Position numbers and translations under genes: made by a program | Shown: piece by piece, positions 51,535-61,500 of the stretch | Layout of the letters: each line of letters begins with the position of its first letter | Numbering within the stretch: position 1 is the stretch's first letter | Notes under the pieces: generated by a model | What the model saw: only the letters and a program-made list of their open reading frames with translations | Told to the model about the DNA's origin: nothing | Databases searched by the model: none | IMG/VR virus record: IMGVR_UViG_3300031994_000071 | Coordinates: 11,222-75,221 of that record | Strand: one strand, 5' to 3' | Length of the DNA stretch: 64,000 nt | Source: a virus | Lineage: Duplodnaviria; Caudoviricetes

Positions 51535-51577
51535 CAAAGATACGAAAAAGGGGCGATTATTTGCAAAATGTGTGCCG
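51535..51577 (-). promoter_or_regulatory. terL promoter: primary-sigma TTTG-N21-TATCTTTG overlapped by a sigma54-like site
   Basis: Minus strand TATCTTTG 51542-51535, TTTG 51567-51564, CGGCACA-CATT-TTGCA 51577-51562. Confidence 0.65.
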
Positions 51578-51580
51578 AAC

Positions 51581-51612
51581 TTTGCAGAATTGAAAAAAAT
51601 CTTCTATTTTTG
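51581..51612 (+). promoter_or_regulatory. Primary-sigma promoter of the structural operon
   Basis: TTTG(51581)-N20-TATTTTTG(51605). Confidence 0.7.
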
Positions 51613-51643
51613 CGGCAGAATATCAATTCTAAATCACACATAT

Positions 51644-52381
51644 ATGTTCAAAGAAAAAATCGTAGAAGGACTCAGGGCGAAATCTGAAATAAAGCGTTTC
51701 GGGCTGAGTAACGAGGCTATTGATCGGATTGCCTCAGCGAGAGAAAAGACGATCACAGAAGAGTCCCAGGTTGAAGCAGCCCTTACGGACGCAGAGACCA
51801 TGAGGCTCGTTGCCGAGGAGTTGATGAAGCATCGCGACCAGGAAATCACTAAGAGGACCGAGACGCAGAGTGCTTTTGACGCTTACAAGGCGAATCATCC
51901 GGAGGGTAATTCCGGGAGTGGTACTGGCAGTGGCAGTGGCTCCGGCCACGGCGACAGTGGTTCTGGCCATGGCGACATCGCCGCCATCGTACAGGCCGCA
52001 GTAGCAGCAGCAGTCAAACCTCTCCAGGACAAGATCAACGGATTCGAGTCGAATCAGTCAGCGAAACTCGCTCTTGAAACCGCGAAGGCCAAGTTCTTTG
52101 GCGGCGATTACGCCAAGAAGTACAAAGACCAGGCCGAAGACGCATGGGAACGGGCGGTTGAGATGAATGAGGCGACCGGAAGCAAGAAGAATGCCGACCA
52201 ACTCTTCGAGAGCGCCAGCGGCTATTTCACGAAGGCTGTTGCCAGAATTGGCGTGGATACGAGCAAGCCCTTTGTGGCTGACCCGGACCCTGAGCACAAG
52301 GTTGGCACGACCGACTGGAAGGCTGAGGCTGCTCGCCAGAAGGCGCGTCATGGCATCAAAGAACCTGCTTCACAACAGTAG
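51644..52381 (+). CDS. Capsid scaffolding protein (putative)
   Basis: Helical, precedes the capsid genes; internal GSGSG linker. Confidence 0.65.
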   Translation: MFKEKIVEGLRAKSEIKRFGLSNEAIDRIASAREKTITEESQVEAALTDAETMRLVAEELMKHRDQEITKRTETQSAFDAYKANHPEGNSGSGTGSGSGSGHGDSGSGHGDIAAIVQAAVAAAVKPLQDKINGFESNQSAKLALETAKAKFFGGDYAKKYKDQAEDAWERAVEMNEATGSKKNADQLFESASGYFTKAVARIGVDTSKPFVADPDPEHKVGTTDWKAEAARQKARHGIKEPASQQ

Positions 52382-52408
52382 TTTTTAACCAATTAACCTT
52401 TCACGAAA

Positions 52409-53041
52409 ATGGGAAGCAATTTAGGAAACGTCCATTTCAAGCCGGTCGTAACCAAGTATCCCGCCGAACGGATGCCTGTTTGGATCGAGGTGAAAGAGCG
52501 TAAACTTGCCGGTGGTACCGTCAGCCTGATCGGTCTGCCCAAGGGCACGCAGATTCCTCTCGCCCTTCCGGTTTACCTGCCTGTGATGGGTGGTAGGGCT
52601 ATTTTCCTGGACTCCTACGAGGTTCAGGAGGCCGTGACCGCCGCATCCACCTCCATCAAACTGAAAGGAACCAATAACGCCGTTCCCGAGGAAGGTTTCA
52701 TCCTCGGTATCCTGAACGATGCTGGCAACGGCCTGACCAAGGCCGCTGCTCTTGGCGCATACGACGCCGAGAACGGTTCCTTCGCCATCGAGGCCAACGC
52801 CCTCGGTGCTCTCAACAAGGGTGACAAACTGTACGTGGCCAAGGCCGCTGGCAGCAATGTTGCTCTCCAGAAGCCTACCGGCCTGTCCTGGCGTGAAATC
52901 TACGTCAGCAACGATGGCGCCTACGCTGGCACTGTCGCTGTCGTGACCAAGGGACAGATCCTTGGCGACCGCATCCCCGAGATGCTGGACTTCTACAAGG
53001 ATGCCCTCACCGGTATCACCTTTGAATACGAGAACGAATAA
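52409..53041 (+). CDS. Head decoration / auxiliary capsid protein (putative)
   Basis: Beta-rich, highly biased codons, between scaffold and MCP. Confidence 0.6.
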   Translation: MGSNLGNVHFKPVVTKYPAERMPVWIEVKERKLAGGTVSLIGLPKGTQIPLALPVYLPVMGGRAIFLDSYEVQEAVTAASTSIKLKGTNNAVPEEGFILGILNDAGNGLTKAAALGAYDAENGSFAIEANALGALNKGDKLYVAKAAGSNVALQKPTGLSWREIYVSNDGAYAGTVAVVTKGQILGDRIPEMLDFYKDALTGITFEYENE

Positions 53042-53056
53042 TAGGAGAAAAGAATT

Positions 53057-54331
53057 ATGGCTCACAAGTACAATCAAGGGTTCCGCACCCTCATGGCAGA
53101 GGCCGGTATTCTTTCCGCTGAAAGTTTCGACCTCTACGTAACCGACGTTATCGGATTCGGTAACACTCAGGATATGGACCTCGACGGGTTCTCCTGGGAT
53201 CCGTATTCCAGCATCACCTTCGACTTCAAGCAGTTGCTGATGTCCAACAAACTCAAGGTGATGGCCACCTACGCAGACAAGGATTCCGAGGTCATCCCTC
53301 TGGGTACCAAGGGATTCGAGATGACGGAAGGTGTCATCCCTTGCCAGAAGGCCCGCTTCTTCTGGGATTCCGACGATTACCGGAACTACCTGGACGCCCT
53401 GTCCAAGATTCAGTTCCAGAATCAGACGGCCAAGGAGTATGCTCTGGACCTCCTGTTCAACGGTCTGACCGACATCAAGAACGCCCACGAACTGTCGATG
53501 CTGTACCAGCGCGACCAGATGGTTTCCAACCGTGGCCTCATCCTGGACGCCAACAACAACCCTCGTGGTATCAAGGGTCTCGTGTTCACCTCCAACGTTC
53601 CCGAGGAGAACATCACTGTCACCGACAACATGTTCTCCGACCCTGAGAACAAGACCGCAGAGACCGCCAACCTCAGTGTTGACCTCATCGCCGTCCTCAA
53701 GAGGAAGATTCGCGCCATGGTTCGCAAGGGCTATGCCAAGAGTCAGATCATCATGGAGGTGGACGAGCAGTCCTGGCTGGACGATATGGAGCACCCTGTT
53801 GTCCGTACCCAGATTGGCTACCGCCTGCGCCGCGACCTCATCATGGCTCCGGAGAACGATGCCAACGCCCTGCGCGTAGGTAACGCCGCCGACGATGACG
53901 AGGTGAAAGCCGCCTTCGCTGCCCTCATCGGCCTGCCCCTCAAGAACATCAAGTTCAAGCAGGGCCTCACCGCCGTCGAGCGCCTGGAAGGCAAGGGCGT
54001 TAACGCCAAACTCGTCACGAAGGCTTTCCGCACCTTCAACGCCAACACCTACGTCCTCTATCCGGACGGCCCTCTGGGCACCATCAAGACCGCTATGGCC
54101 CTGCTGCCTGACGGTGACGCCATCTACGCCACCTTCTTCGAGGGTCGCGGCATCATCCAGTACGAGTACGACGTGAAAGCGAAGACTCAGGACTGGTGGT
54201 CCGAGTTCTACGGCCTGTGCGTGCCTACCCGTCCTCAGGAGATGTACTACGTCATCACCTACACCACCCCTTCCGGCTCCGGCAGTGGCAGTGGCAGCGG
54301 TAGTGGCAGTGGCACCGAGGGTGGCGCTTAA
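53057..54331 (+). CDS. Major capsid protein with C-terminal (SG)7 tail
   Basis: 424 aa, strongest codon bias, position in head module; ends TTP(SG)7TEGGA. Confidence 0.8.
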   Translation: MAHKYNQGFRTLMAEAGILSAESFDLYVTDVIGFGNTQDMDLDGFSWDPYSSITFDFKQLLMSNKLKVMATYADKDSEVIPLGTKGFEMTEGVIPCQKARFFWDSDDYRNYLDALSKIQFQNQTAKEYALDLLFNGLTDIKNAHELSMLYQRDQMVSNRGLILDANNNPRGIKGLVFTSNVPEENITVTDNMFSDPENKTAETANLSVDLIAVLKRKIRAMVRKGYAKSQIIMEVDEQSWLDDMEHPVVRTQIGYRLRRDLIMAPENDANALRVGNAADDDEVKAAFAALIGLPLKNIKFKQGLTAVERLEGKGVNAKLVTKAFRTFNANTYVLYPDGPLGTIKTAMALLPDGDAIYATFFEGRGIIQYEYDVKAKTQDWWSEFYGLCVPTRPQEMYYVITYTTPSGSGSGSGSGSGSGTEGGA

Positions 54332-54350
54332 CCTTTAACCGGAAGAGAGT

Positions 54351-54809
54351 ATGAATGTCGAAGAATACCTGCGTAGTTTGGTCCCTGGGTACGATCTCCA
54401 GGCCAATGTAGTCGCTCGGTGTGCCAGAAGTCCGAAGGAGGTGGGGTTATCCCCGCTTCCTCTGGACGAAGACATCGACTACGAAGAAATAACCGAGACC
54501 GATCCGAATACCGGTGAGGAAGTGACCAAAAAGGTCGAGCGGACTGATGTTGAGTACACTATGAGGCTCGACTATGCGGCTTCTTCGATTTATTACTCCA
54601 TGCTGGGTGTATTTGCTGGTGGTGGCTTCACTGAACAAGTTGGCGACGTCCGCGCTTCCCGTGGTGGCTACACTATCACCATGGCGGACCGCAAGCGGTT
54701 CAAGGACCTGGCCGACGCCCTTCGCCTTAAGTGGGGATGGGACATCGTGGCAGACGAGGCCACCAGCAGCGAAATGTACGACGCTTCGGCACTTAGACTG
54801 GGATTGTAA
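54351..54809 (+). CDS. Head-tail connector/adaptor (putative)
   Basis: Follows MCP; helical, EQVGDVRASRGG. Confidence 0.65.
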   Translation: MNVEEYLRSLVPGYDLQANVVARCARSPKEVGLSPLPLDEDIDYEEITETDPNTGEEVTKKVERTDVEYTMRLDYAASSIYYSMLGVFAGGGFTEQVGDVRASRGGYTITMADRKRFKDLADALRLKWGWDIVADEATSSEMYDASALRLGL

Positions 54810-55144
54810 TGGTCATCGAATTTCGAGACACTTGCGTTATCACCAGGGATAACGGTGGAAAGGACGAGTGGGACAACCCGATTGATCCCGAGATTATCTA
54901 TTCCGGAAAATGCCTCTACGAGGAAGGCGGAACAGGTTATTCGAGGAGCATCATTACGAGGAGTCCTACCGTCTATCTGCCGGGTAACGATGTCATGGTG
55001 CTCATCAACGACGCCATCACGGTGACTACCGAACAGGGACGCATCGTTAAGGCTATTGCTGAGATTGTCCGCGACATCAATATGCCATGGATGGCTAATA
55101 TCAAGGTCACGAGAATCGAACTGAAACAGGCACAAGGAGACTAA
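54809..55144 (+). CDS. Head closure protein (putative)
   Basis: FRDTCVITR...DEWDNP...IYSGKC. Confidence 0.7.
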   Translation: MVIEFRDTCVITRDNGGKDEWDNPIDPEIIYSGKCLYEEGGTGYSRSIITRSPTVYLPGNDVMVLINDAITVTTEQGRIVKAIAEIVRDINMPWMANIKVTRIELKQAQGD

Positions 55145-55147
55145 ACA

Positions 55148-55684
55148 ATGAGAAGACACCTGAAAGGATGGAAGAACGCAAGTGCGCAGTTCCAAAAGGA
55201 ATTGCTCGCTTCGGCTGATGGTGTCAATCGTGCTGCCCAGCAGGTCTTTATTGATGCGAACAACCGTTTCATGGACTACGTGCAGGATAACAAAGAACTC
55301 CTGCCGTACTACACTGCAAACCTGCACGACAGTATTGTATCTGTCGTTTCCCAGAGCGGTCGCGTGCTTCGCGCCGTCTATATGCCGAAAGAAGCAACCA
55401 GGCCGCAGAACGCGCCGGACAGAAAGAGGATTGTCGGTATGGAGGAGGCTATCCGTGCGGTCCGCAGAGCGGATTACCCGCGAACAGGCGTTGCATCTAC
55501 ACTCATTGTTGCCGTCCCTTATGCGGAGGGCGCAAATGCAACGAGCAAGCGCAGGGGATATTTGAACTGGCTCCAAAATGCTTTTGAGTCAGAAATGCGG
55601 ACCAGCGTGGAAGTCCTTAAGTACGTCAAGTCTCATCCTGGCGCCAAGCCGGTGGCCGCAGCCAATAGACGATTTGCCAAATGA
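55148..55684 (+). CDS. Neck / tail completion protein (putative)
   Basis: YTANLHDSI...VPYAE, HK97 gp10-like position. Confidence 0.6.
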   Translation: MRRHLKGWKNASAQFQKELLASADGVNRAAQQVFIDANNRFMDYVQDNKELLPYYTANLHDSIVSVVSQSGRVLRAVYMPKEATRPQNAPDRKRIVGMEEAIRAVRRADYPRTGVASTLIVAVPYAEGANATSKRRGYLNWLQNAFESEMRTSVEVLKYVKSHPGAKPVAAANRRFAK

Positions 55685-56133
55685 TAAGACCATCGAAAAT
55701 AAATCCGGATGTGGAACTGAGGGATTTCCTCCAGGGCCGCATCGTAGTGGGAAATGCCGGTGGAGGGACCGAGCCGGTTGCCGTTTACGGCGACTGGGAG
55801 AGGCCCACCAACAACCTGCCCGCCGATTTTATCGTAATCTTCATCAATGGTGACGTCCATGGCGTAGGCTCGAAGGTGAACTATGCTGATGGCGACCTCA
55901 TGATAATCCTCTACTGCAAAATGAACGACGATGGCTCCGTCAAAAAGAACCGCGTCACGAAAATTCTGGAGCAGTTTGAGACCATCGTGGATAAGGCCAA
56001 GACGCAGAATTTCTTCTTCGCTCTTGAAATGGACCGCTTCATCACGCCGACTACGCCCAGCCAGTCTTCCGGATATTCAACAACCACTCTCAATTTGAGG
56101 TGGCATACGACTAACAATTTTAACGCTCAATAA
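55681..56133 (+). CDS. Tail terminator (putative)
   Basis: Precedes the major tail gene. Confidence 0.6.
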   Translation: MIRPSKINPDVELRDFLQGRIVVGNAGGGTEPVAVYGDWERPTNNLPADFIVIFINGDVHGVGSKVNYADGDLMIILYCKMNDDGSVKKNRVTKILEQFETIVDKAKTQNFFFALEMDRFITPTTPSQSSGYSTTTLNLRWHTTNNFNAQ

Positions 56134-56135
56134 TC

Positions 56136-56792
56136 ATGTCTATCAAGAATCTTGGTTCTGCGCAACAGTTGCTCGCCGGACAGGGCGACATCATCATTTT
56201 CAGCGCACCCGAAGGAGGCTATACCTCCGCTACCACTATGGCACAGTGCCTGACCAACGGTGCAAGCCTCGGTCAGGTCGTGCAGGATTCTACCTCCTGG
56301 GACGGTGAGGAAGTGTCTTTCGACGCTCTCCTGGACGAGCAGGGTGATGTCATCACCTCTACCGCCAACAACGGTACCCATGAGTTCTCCTTCGACCTTG
56401 CCGACCTGGAGCCTGACTTCCTGAAAGTCTTCCTGGGCGCCGAGGAAGTGACCGCAGCCGAGAGCGGCGTTACTGCCGTGTTCGGTGACGGCACTGTCAA
56501 GGTGTTTGGCTTCGGCCACAAACTCCCCGTCAAGACCCGTCCTATCCTGATCACGAACGATGAGGGTGACAAGGCCCTGTTCTTCCCGAAGGCGAAGATG
56601 GCCGGTTCCCTCGCATGGGCCGACAAACTCTGGCGCATCCATGTGGTCGTGACCGCCGAATTCATGGACACCGCCAACCTCAAGACCGTCATGCCTATGT
56701 TCTCCAGCAAGGAGGCTCAGTACGCTGACGGCTCTGTGACCGCCGAGGAAATCGACGGTGAGGGTGGTTCTGGCGACGGCACCGGTGCTTAG
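56136..56792 (+). CDS. Major tail (tube) protein
   Basis: 218 aa, beta-rich, biased codons, followed by terminator; ends DGEGGSGDGTGA. Confidence 0.8.
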   Translation: MSIKNLGSAQQLLAGQGDIIIFSAPEGGYTSATTMAQCLTNGASLGQVVQDSTSWDGEEVSFDALLDEQGDVITSTANNGTHEFSFDLADLEPDFLKVFLGAEEVTAAESGVTAVFGDGTVKVFGFGHKLPVKTRPILITNDEGDKALFFPKAKMAGSLAWADKLWRIHVVVTAEFMDTANLKTVMPMFSSKEAQYADGSVTAEEIDGEGGSGDGTGA

Positions 56793-56815
56793 TCTCGTTA
56801 CTAAATCCTAATCCG

Positions 56816-56852
56816 TGGGGTGGGAGGTGAAAAGCATCCCCACCCCATTTTT
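56816..56852 (+). terminator. Rho-independent terminator
   Basis: TGGGGTGGG...CCCCACCCCA followed by T5. Confidence 0.75.
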
Positions 56853-56869
56853 AATTAAATCAAGACATT

Positions 56870-57763
56870 ATGGCTAAAGGAAATAACCAGAAGAATGGGC
56901 AGAAGAAAGCCGACGAGGCCCAGGTGCCCGCACCGGAAATCGAACAAAATCAGCCGGAAATCGAACAAAAAACCGATAAAATCGAACAGGAAACGCCAAA
57001 AATCGAACTTAAAGGTAAGATTTTGGTCGTAATTCCGTACCTGGCATCCGCAGCCCAGGGCCGCGAACTTGAGTACGCTGTTGCCGGTTGGCGCAAGCAC
57101 TTCAAGGAGCCGCATCACATTGTGGTAGTTGGTGACTATCATCCCATCTGCGACACCGGCGATGATATCACATTCATCGAGTGCCCGCGCATCGAGCCTG
57201 TCCCCGGACAGTACACCTGCCACCTGGATCACGTCCATAAGTTCCGCAAGGTACGCGAGATGTTCCCGGACCACAAGGGCTTCATCTACGCCTGCGACGA
57301 TATGTATGCGGTCAATAATTTCACGATGACCGAGGTCCTGTTCCCGAAGATCGTCCAGAGGGATATGGCCGGAGACGCGAACAGCGAGAACGGCTGGCAG
57401 CGTGACATGGCGAAGACCAGGGCGCTCTGCCTGAAAGAGGGAATGAAACTCCACAACTGGGTCTGCCACCTTCCCGTGTACTACGAGTGGGACAAACTGT
57501 TCGCCATCTACGACAAGTACGATTGCGACCACCAGTCCTATATCGTCGAGAACCTGTACTTCAACACCTACTTTGCCGACCGTGTGCCGTTCCGGCTCGA
57601 CTTTGACAAAGATAACCTCAAGTGCGGCGTTTATCGCAGCAATCCGCGCATCTACCTCATCGAAGATGCGCTCAAGAACAAAATTTGGATTCAGAACTCT
57701 CCTGAGGGTTGGATCCGTGAACTTGACGAAATCCTGAGCAAGCACTATGCGGAAGTCCGATAA
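56870..57763 (+). CDS. GT-A/Stealth-like sugar(-phosphate) transferase embedded in the tail operon
   Basis: LVVIPY..RELEYAV..W.KH..HIVVVG, GFIYACDDMY (cf. Stealth ELRYSLRS / FIYxNDDMF), HLPVYY; low-complexity N-terminal leader. Confidence 0.65.
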   Translation: MAKGNNQKNGQKKADEAQVPAPEIEQNQPEIEQKTDKIEQETPKIELKGKILVVIPYLASAAQGRELEYAVAGWRKHFKEPHHIVVVGDYHPICDTGDDITFIECPRIEPVPGQYTCHLDHVHKFRKVREMFPDHKGFIYACDDMYAVNNFTMTEVLFPKIVQRDMAGDANSENGWQRDMAKTRALCLKEGMKLHNWVCHLPVYYEWDKLFAIYDKYDCDHQSYIVENLYFNTYFADRVPFRLDFDKDNLKCGVYRSNPRIYLIEDALKNKIWIQNSPEGWIRELDEILSKHYAEVR

Positions 57764-58274
57764 ATTTCTTGCCGGAGAATATGAGACCGTATCAAAGGCC
57801 CCCTGTGTTGTCATCGCCGGGGGCCGACGGTACAAAGTCCGTCAGGTTTCAAACAAAGTCAAGGAGCGCATCGCTCTCCTGGAGCAGGAGGCGCAGGTTT
57901 TGGAAGCCCAAGGGAAGGAAGGTGTATCTCAGAAAAGCGCGAAGACGCTGACCAAGAAACTCTACTCCCTCCATGCCAAGAAGGCTGCTTACTACCTTCT
58001 CGGCAACTGGGCCATTTTCCTGCCTTTCGTCTTCTGGATTAAATGGCATATCCTGCAACTCCGGTCGAACGAGGAAACCTTCAAAATCATCGGAGCGGGG
58101 GCCGTTAGTGATGACGTGGGTTTTTTCTCAGCCAACTGGCAACTCTCAAGGCAGGAACGCGAACTGTTTATGAAGCCGGTTGGCGAAGTCGCCAAGCAAG
58201 CGCAAGAGCGGCTGGAGAACGTGATAAATATGTTGGAGACGGACGCTTTGGGGATAAAAAAGGAAGACAAGTAA
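57747..58274 (+). CDS. Tail assembly chaperone (gpG-like)
   Basis: Between the tail tube region and tape measure; ends at a slippery site. Confidence 0.7.
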   Translation: MRKSDKFLAGEYETVSKAPCVVIAGGRRYKVRQVSNKVKERIALLEQEAQVLEAQGKEGVSQKSAKTLTKKLYSLHAKKAAYYLLGNWAIFLPFVFWIKWHILQLRSNEETFKIIGAGAVSDDVGFFSANWQLSRQERELFMKPVGEVAKQAQERLENVINMLETDALGIKKEDK

Positions 58275-58585
58275 ACCCCGCCTTCGAGATCTCCACTCAC
58301 AACGAGCGTATCAAAAGCATATACGGCAATTACAACTTCTGGTCGTGGCTCCGGTACTGGTACCTGGATACGGCCAATTTCGTCACAATGCTGCTGATTG
58401 ACAAGGGCTATTATGACTACGACTTCGAGAAGGTCCAAAAGATTGCCCTCGTGTCAACAACCAAGAAATCCAAGGCGGAAGTTAACCAAATTCTTCGTAA
58501 CTTTGGACTGCCGGTCGAGGAAGAGAGCGAAGACGAAAAATTGCAACAATTTATAATCAAGGAGGAACAAAAACATGGCAACTGA
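58256..58585 (+). CDS. -1 frameshift extension (gpGT-like) via A AAA AAG
   Basis: A AAA AAG at 58256-58262; -1 frame open from 58256 through ORF 58388-58585. Confidence 0.8.
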   Translation, partial: KKGRQVNPAFEISTHNERIKSIYGNYNFWSWLRYWYLDTANFVTMLLIDKGYYDYDFEKVQKIALVSTTKKSKAEVNQILRNFGLPVEEESEDEKLQQFIIKEEQKHGN

Positions 58586-61500
58586 ATTACCTGTTTTTAT
58601 TGACATAGATAAGGCGTTTAAGGAGGCGGCTGGCAGGGTAAAAACCGCAATGAAGCCATTGCAGTCGGTGCTTGATTCGGCACCGGCTTCGCTGTTTATT
58701 GATGTCAAGATTGGCAAATCCAAGAAGGTTCTTGCCGACCTCTTCCTGGACGAGACCACTTCCGTCCAGAAATTCCAGGAGGCGTTGAACAGCGTCGAGG
58801 CTAAGATAAATAAATTGGCGGCGAAGGGTGGATTCAGCCTGCTTAAGGGCCTTACCGGAGAGGAGAAGAACCTGCTTGAGGCGGCGACAATCCTTGAGTC
58901 GAAGATTAAAGGCGTTGGGAACGCCTCTTCGACCATGGGTAAAGTCCTCACCATAAACATGAAGACTGCCGAGGCTGAGATTGCAAAATATACTGCGCAA
59001 CTCGACAAATTACAGCGCAAGCAGAATATGGCCGGTAAGTTAACCGGCGGTACCGATCCGAGGGTTGACTATTCCAAGTACGGAAAGCAAATCGACCTTA
59101 TCAATGCGAAGATTCAGCAGCAGCGGACGTTCCTTTCCGCATGTGCGATTGAACTTGACCGAATGGGGCTGGGTGCCGCAAAGGTCGGTGTTGCTGTTGA
59201 TCTCACAAACAAGCAGGCGATTGAGATGGCGGCGAGTTTTCGCCGTGGGCACGAGTATATCCAGCGTTGGAATGCTGGGTTTGCAACGGCTGGCTCCCAC
59301 CTTGGCGCCTTGATTAAAAGTTCGGTTACACTTATCGGTCTGCATTCGGCCACCAGGTTTATTCAGAATGTGCGAAACGTGACGGCTGAGTTTGAAATGC
59401 AGCGCGTTGCTCTCGGCGGTATTATCCAAGACACCGAGAAGGCCGAATCGCTGTTTAAGCGATTGAAGGCTGCTGCCATTCAGTCTCCGTTCGAGATTAA
59501 GGACCTGGTGTCTTTCACGAAGCAGTTGTCTGCTTATCGAATCGAGACCGAAAATCTGTTTGACGTGACCATGCGGCTGGCTGATATTTCTGCCGGTCTT
59601 GGCGTTGACATGTCGCGTCTTGTGCTTGCTTACGGACAGGTTCGTGCTGCCGCTGTTCTCCGTGGTCAGGAATTGCGTCAGTTTACTGAGGCTGGTATCC
59701 CTCTTGTTGACCTGCTGGCAGAGAAGTTCTCGAAATTGAATGGCCGTACTGTGAAGACCGCAGAGGTGTTCGACCTTATCTCGAAGCGTGCTGTTCCTTT
59801 CTCCATGATTAAGGAGATTTTCGAGGACATGACGAATGCAGGCGGCATATTCTACAAGATGCAGGAAAAGCAATCCGAGACGCTTAAGGGACAGTGGATG
59901 AAGTTGAAGGATGCTGCGTCCATTATGTACGACGAAATTGGTAACACGGATTCAGTGCATAATGCAATGACGGACCTCTTGGCTGTATCCATGAAGTTGA
60001 TGCAGAATTGGCGCGAGACTGGAAAGGTTCTTGGTGCCGCCGCTGCCTCCTATGTTGCATATCGGGTTGTCATAGCCAATGCGAGAATAGCGGCCAACGC
60101 GCTTACTGCTGCCGAGGTAGCGGAAATTTCCGCGTTGGAGTTGAATACCGTGTCTCGCAGCAAACTGATTGCGGCCATCTGGGGTGAGGCTACTGCGACG
60201 AAGGTACAGATAGCGCTCGGAAACGCCTATGTTGCGGTGAAGCAGAAGGAAATGATGGCAACCAACTTGTTCACTAAGGCGCTTTATAGAATGCTTGCGG
60301 CAATGCTGAAAAACCCGTATGCGCTCGCTGCCGCCGCCATTGCCGCATTGATAGTTGTTATTGTCCGCCTGGCGAAGAAAACCGATGATTCGAGGATTTC
60401 TATTGATAAGTTCCAGAAGTCCATCGAGGCGTTTAATAAAGCAGATTCTCACGCAAAGGACATTGACAAGTTATGTGATAAATACGACCAACTGTCGAAG
60501 AAAACCAATCGCTCGAAAGAGGAGACCGATGAGTTGGTGCGCGTGACCAAGGAACTTGGCAGAGCATATCCACAGGCGATAACTGGGACCAACGCGCAGA
60601 CTGGCGCACTCGATCTGAATACTGCGGCCATCCGTGAAAACAACAAGGAGGCTCGCGAGGCCATTAGGCTTGCCCTTGAGCGTGACAAGCATAAGGCCGA
60701 GACAAGCATGTCTGATCTTGTAGAAGAGAGAAACAAGATTATCCAGCAACTCCAGAGCGGAAAGGGCGGTTATTGGCAGATCGGTTCCCAGTTTTCTCCT
60801 GGTGGGTATGTTGAATATGACCTGAGTGACGATGACAGGGCAAAACTTGGTGAGCGCCTGATGGAAATCAACCAGCAGATTGGTGACTTCCAGACTGCTA
60901 TCGACGAGGCGGATGCGGCGTTACAGGGATTGACAAAGGACCTTATCGGCCCTCCGCTTCCGGACTTCTTTGGGGACGCGTGGCGCTCTCAACTCAATAG
61001 TTATACTACAACGCTTAAAAGCACCGGCACTGCCATAAAAGCCCTGACGAAAGACCAGATTGAGGGCTTTGGCGACCAGATGGAGGCGCTTAAGGCAGTT
61101 GCTAAGGAGTACGAGGCGCAGACTGCCCTGGTTGACTTCTACACGAAGGCCCTCCAGACGGCGACCGGGGCGAGGAAAGTGCAGACGCAACAGTCTCTTG
61201 ATGATGCGTTGCTGATGCAGGCTATGTATAAGAAGATTCTTGAGGACTTCAACGCTCTCGACCTTCTTAAAACGCCCCATGGCACCGGCTACTCTCAGGA
61301 TCCATTCATTCGTCAAATGGAAAACCGCGTGAAGTTTATGAAGGACTTCAAAAAGGGGTATGACGATTTGAATATGTACATGAATAAGGCTGGCGCTCTT
61401 GGCAGAGAGAGCGATATCATGCTTTCTCGCGGACTTTCTTTGGGCATCAGCGCGTCCGACCAAAAGCGTGCCGCCGAAGAACTTTCTGGTTGGTACACCG

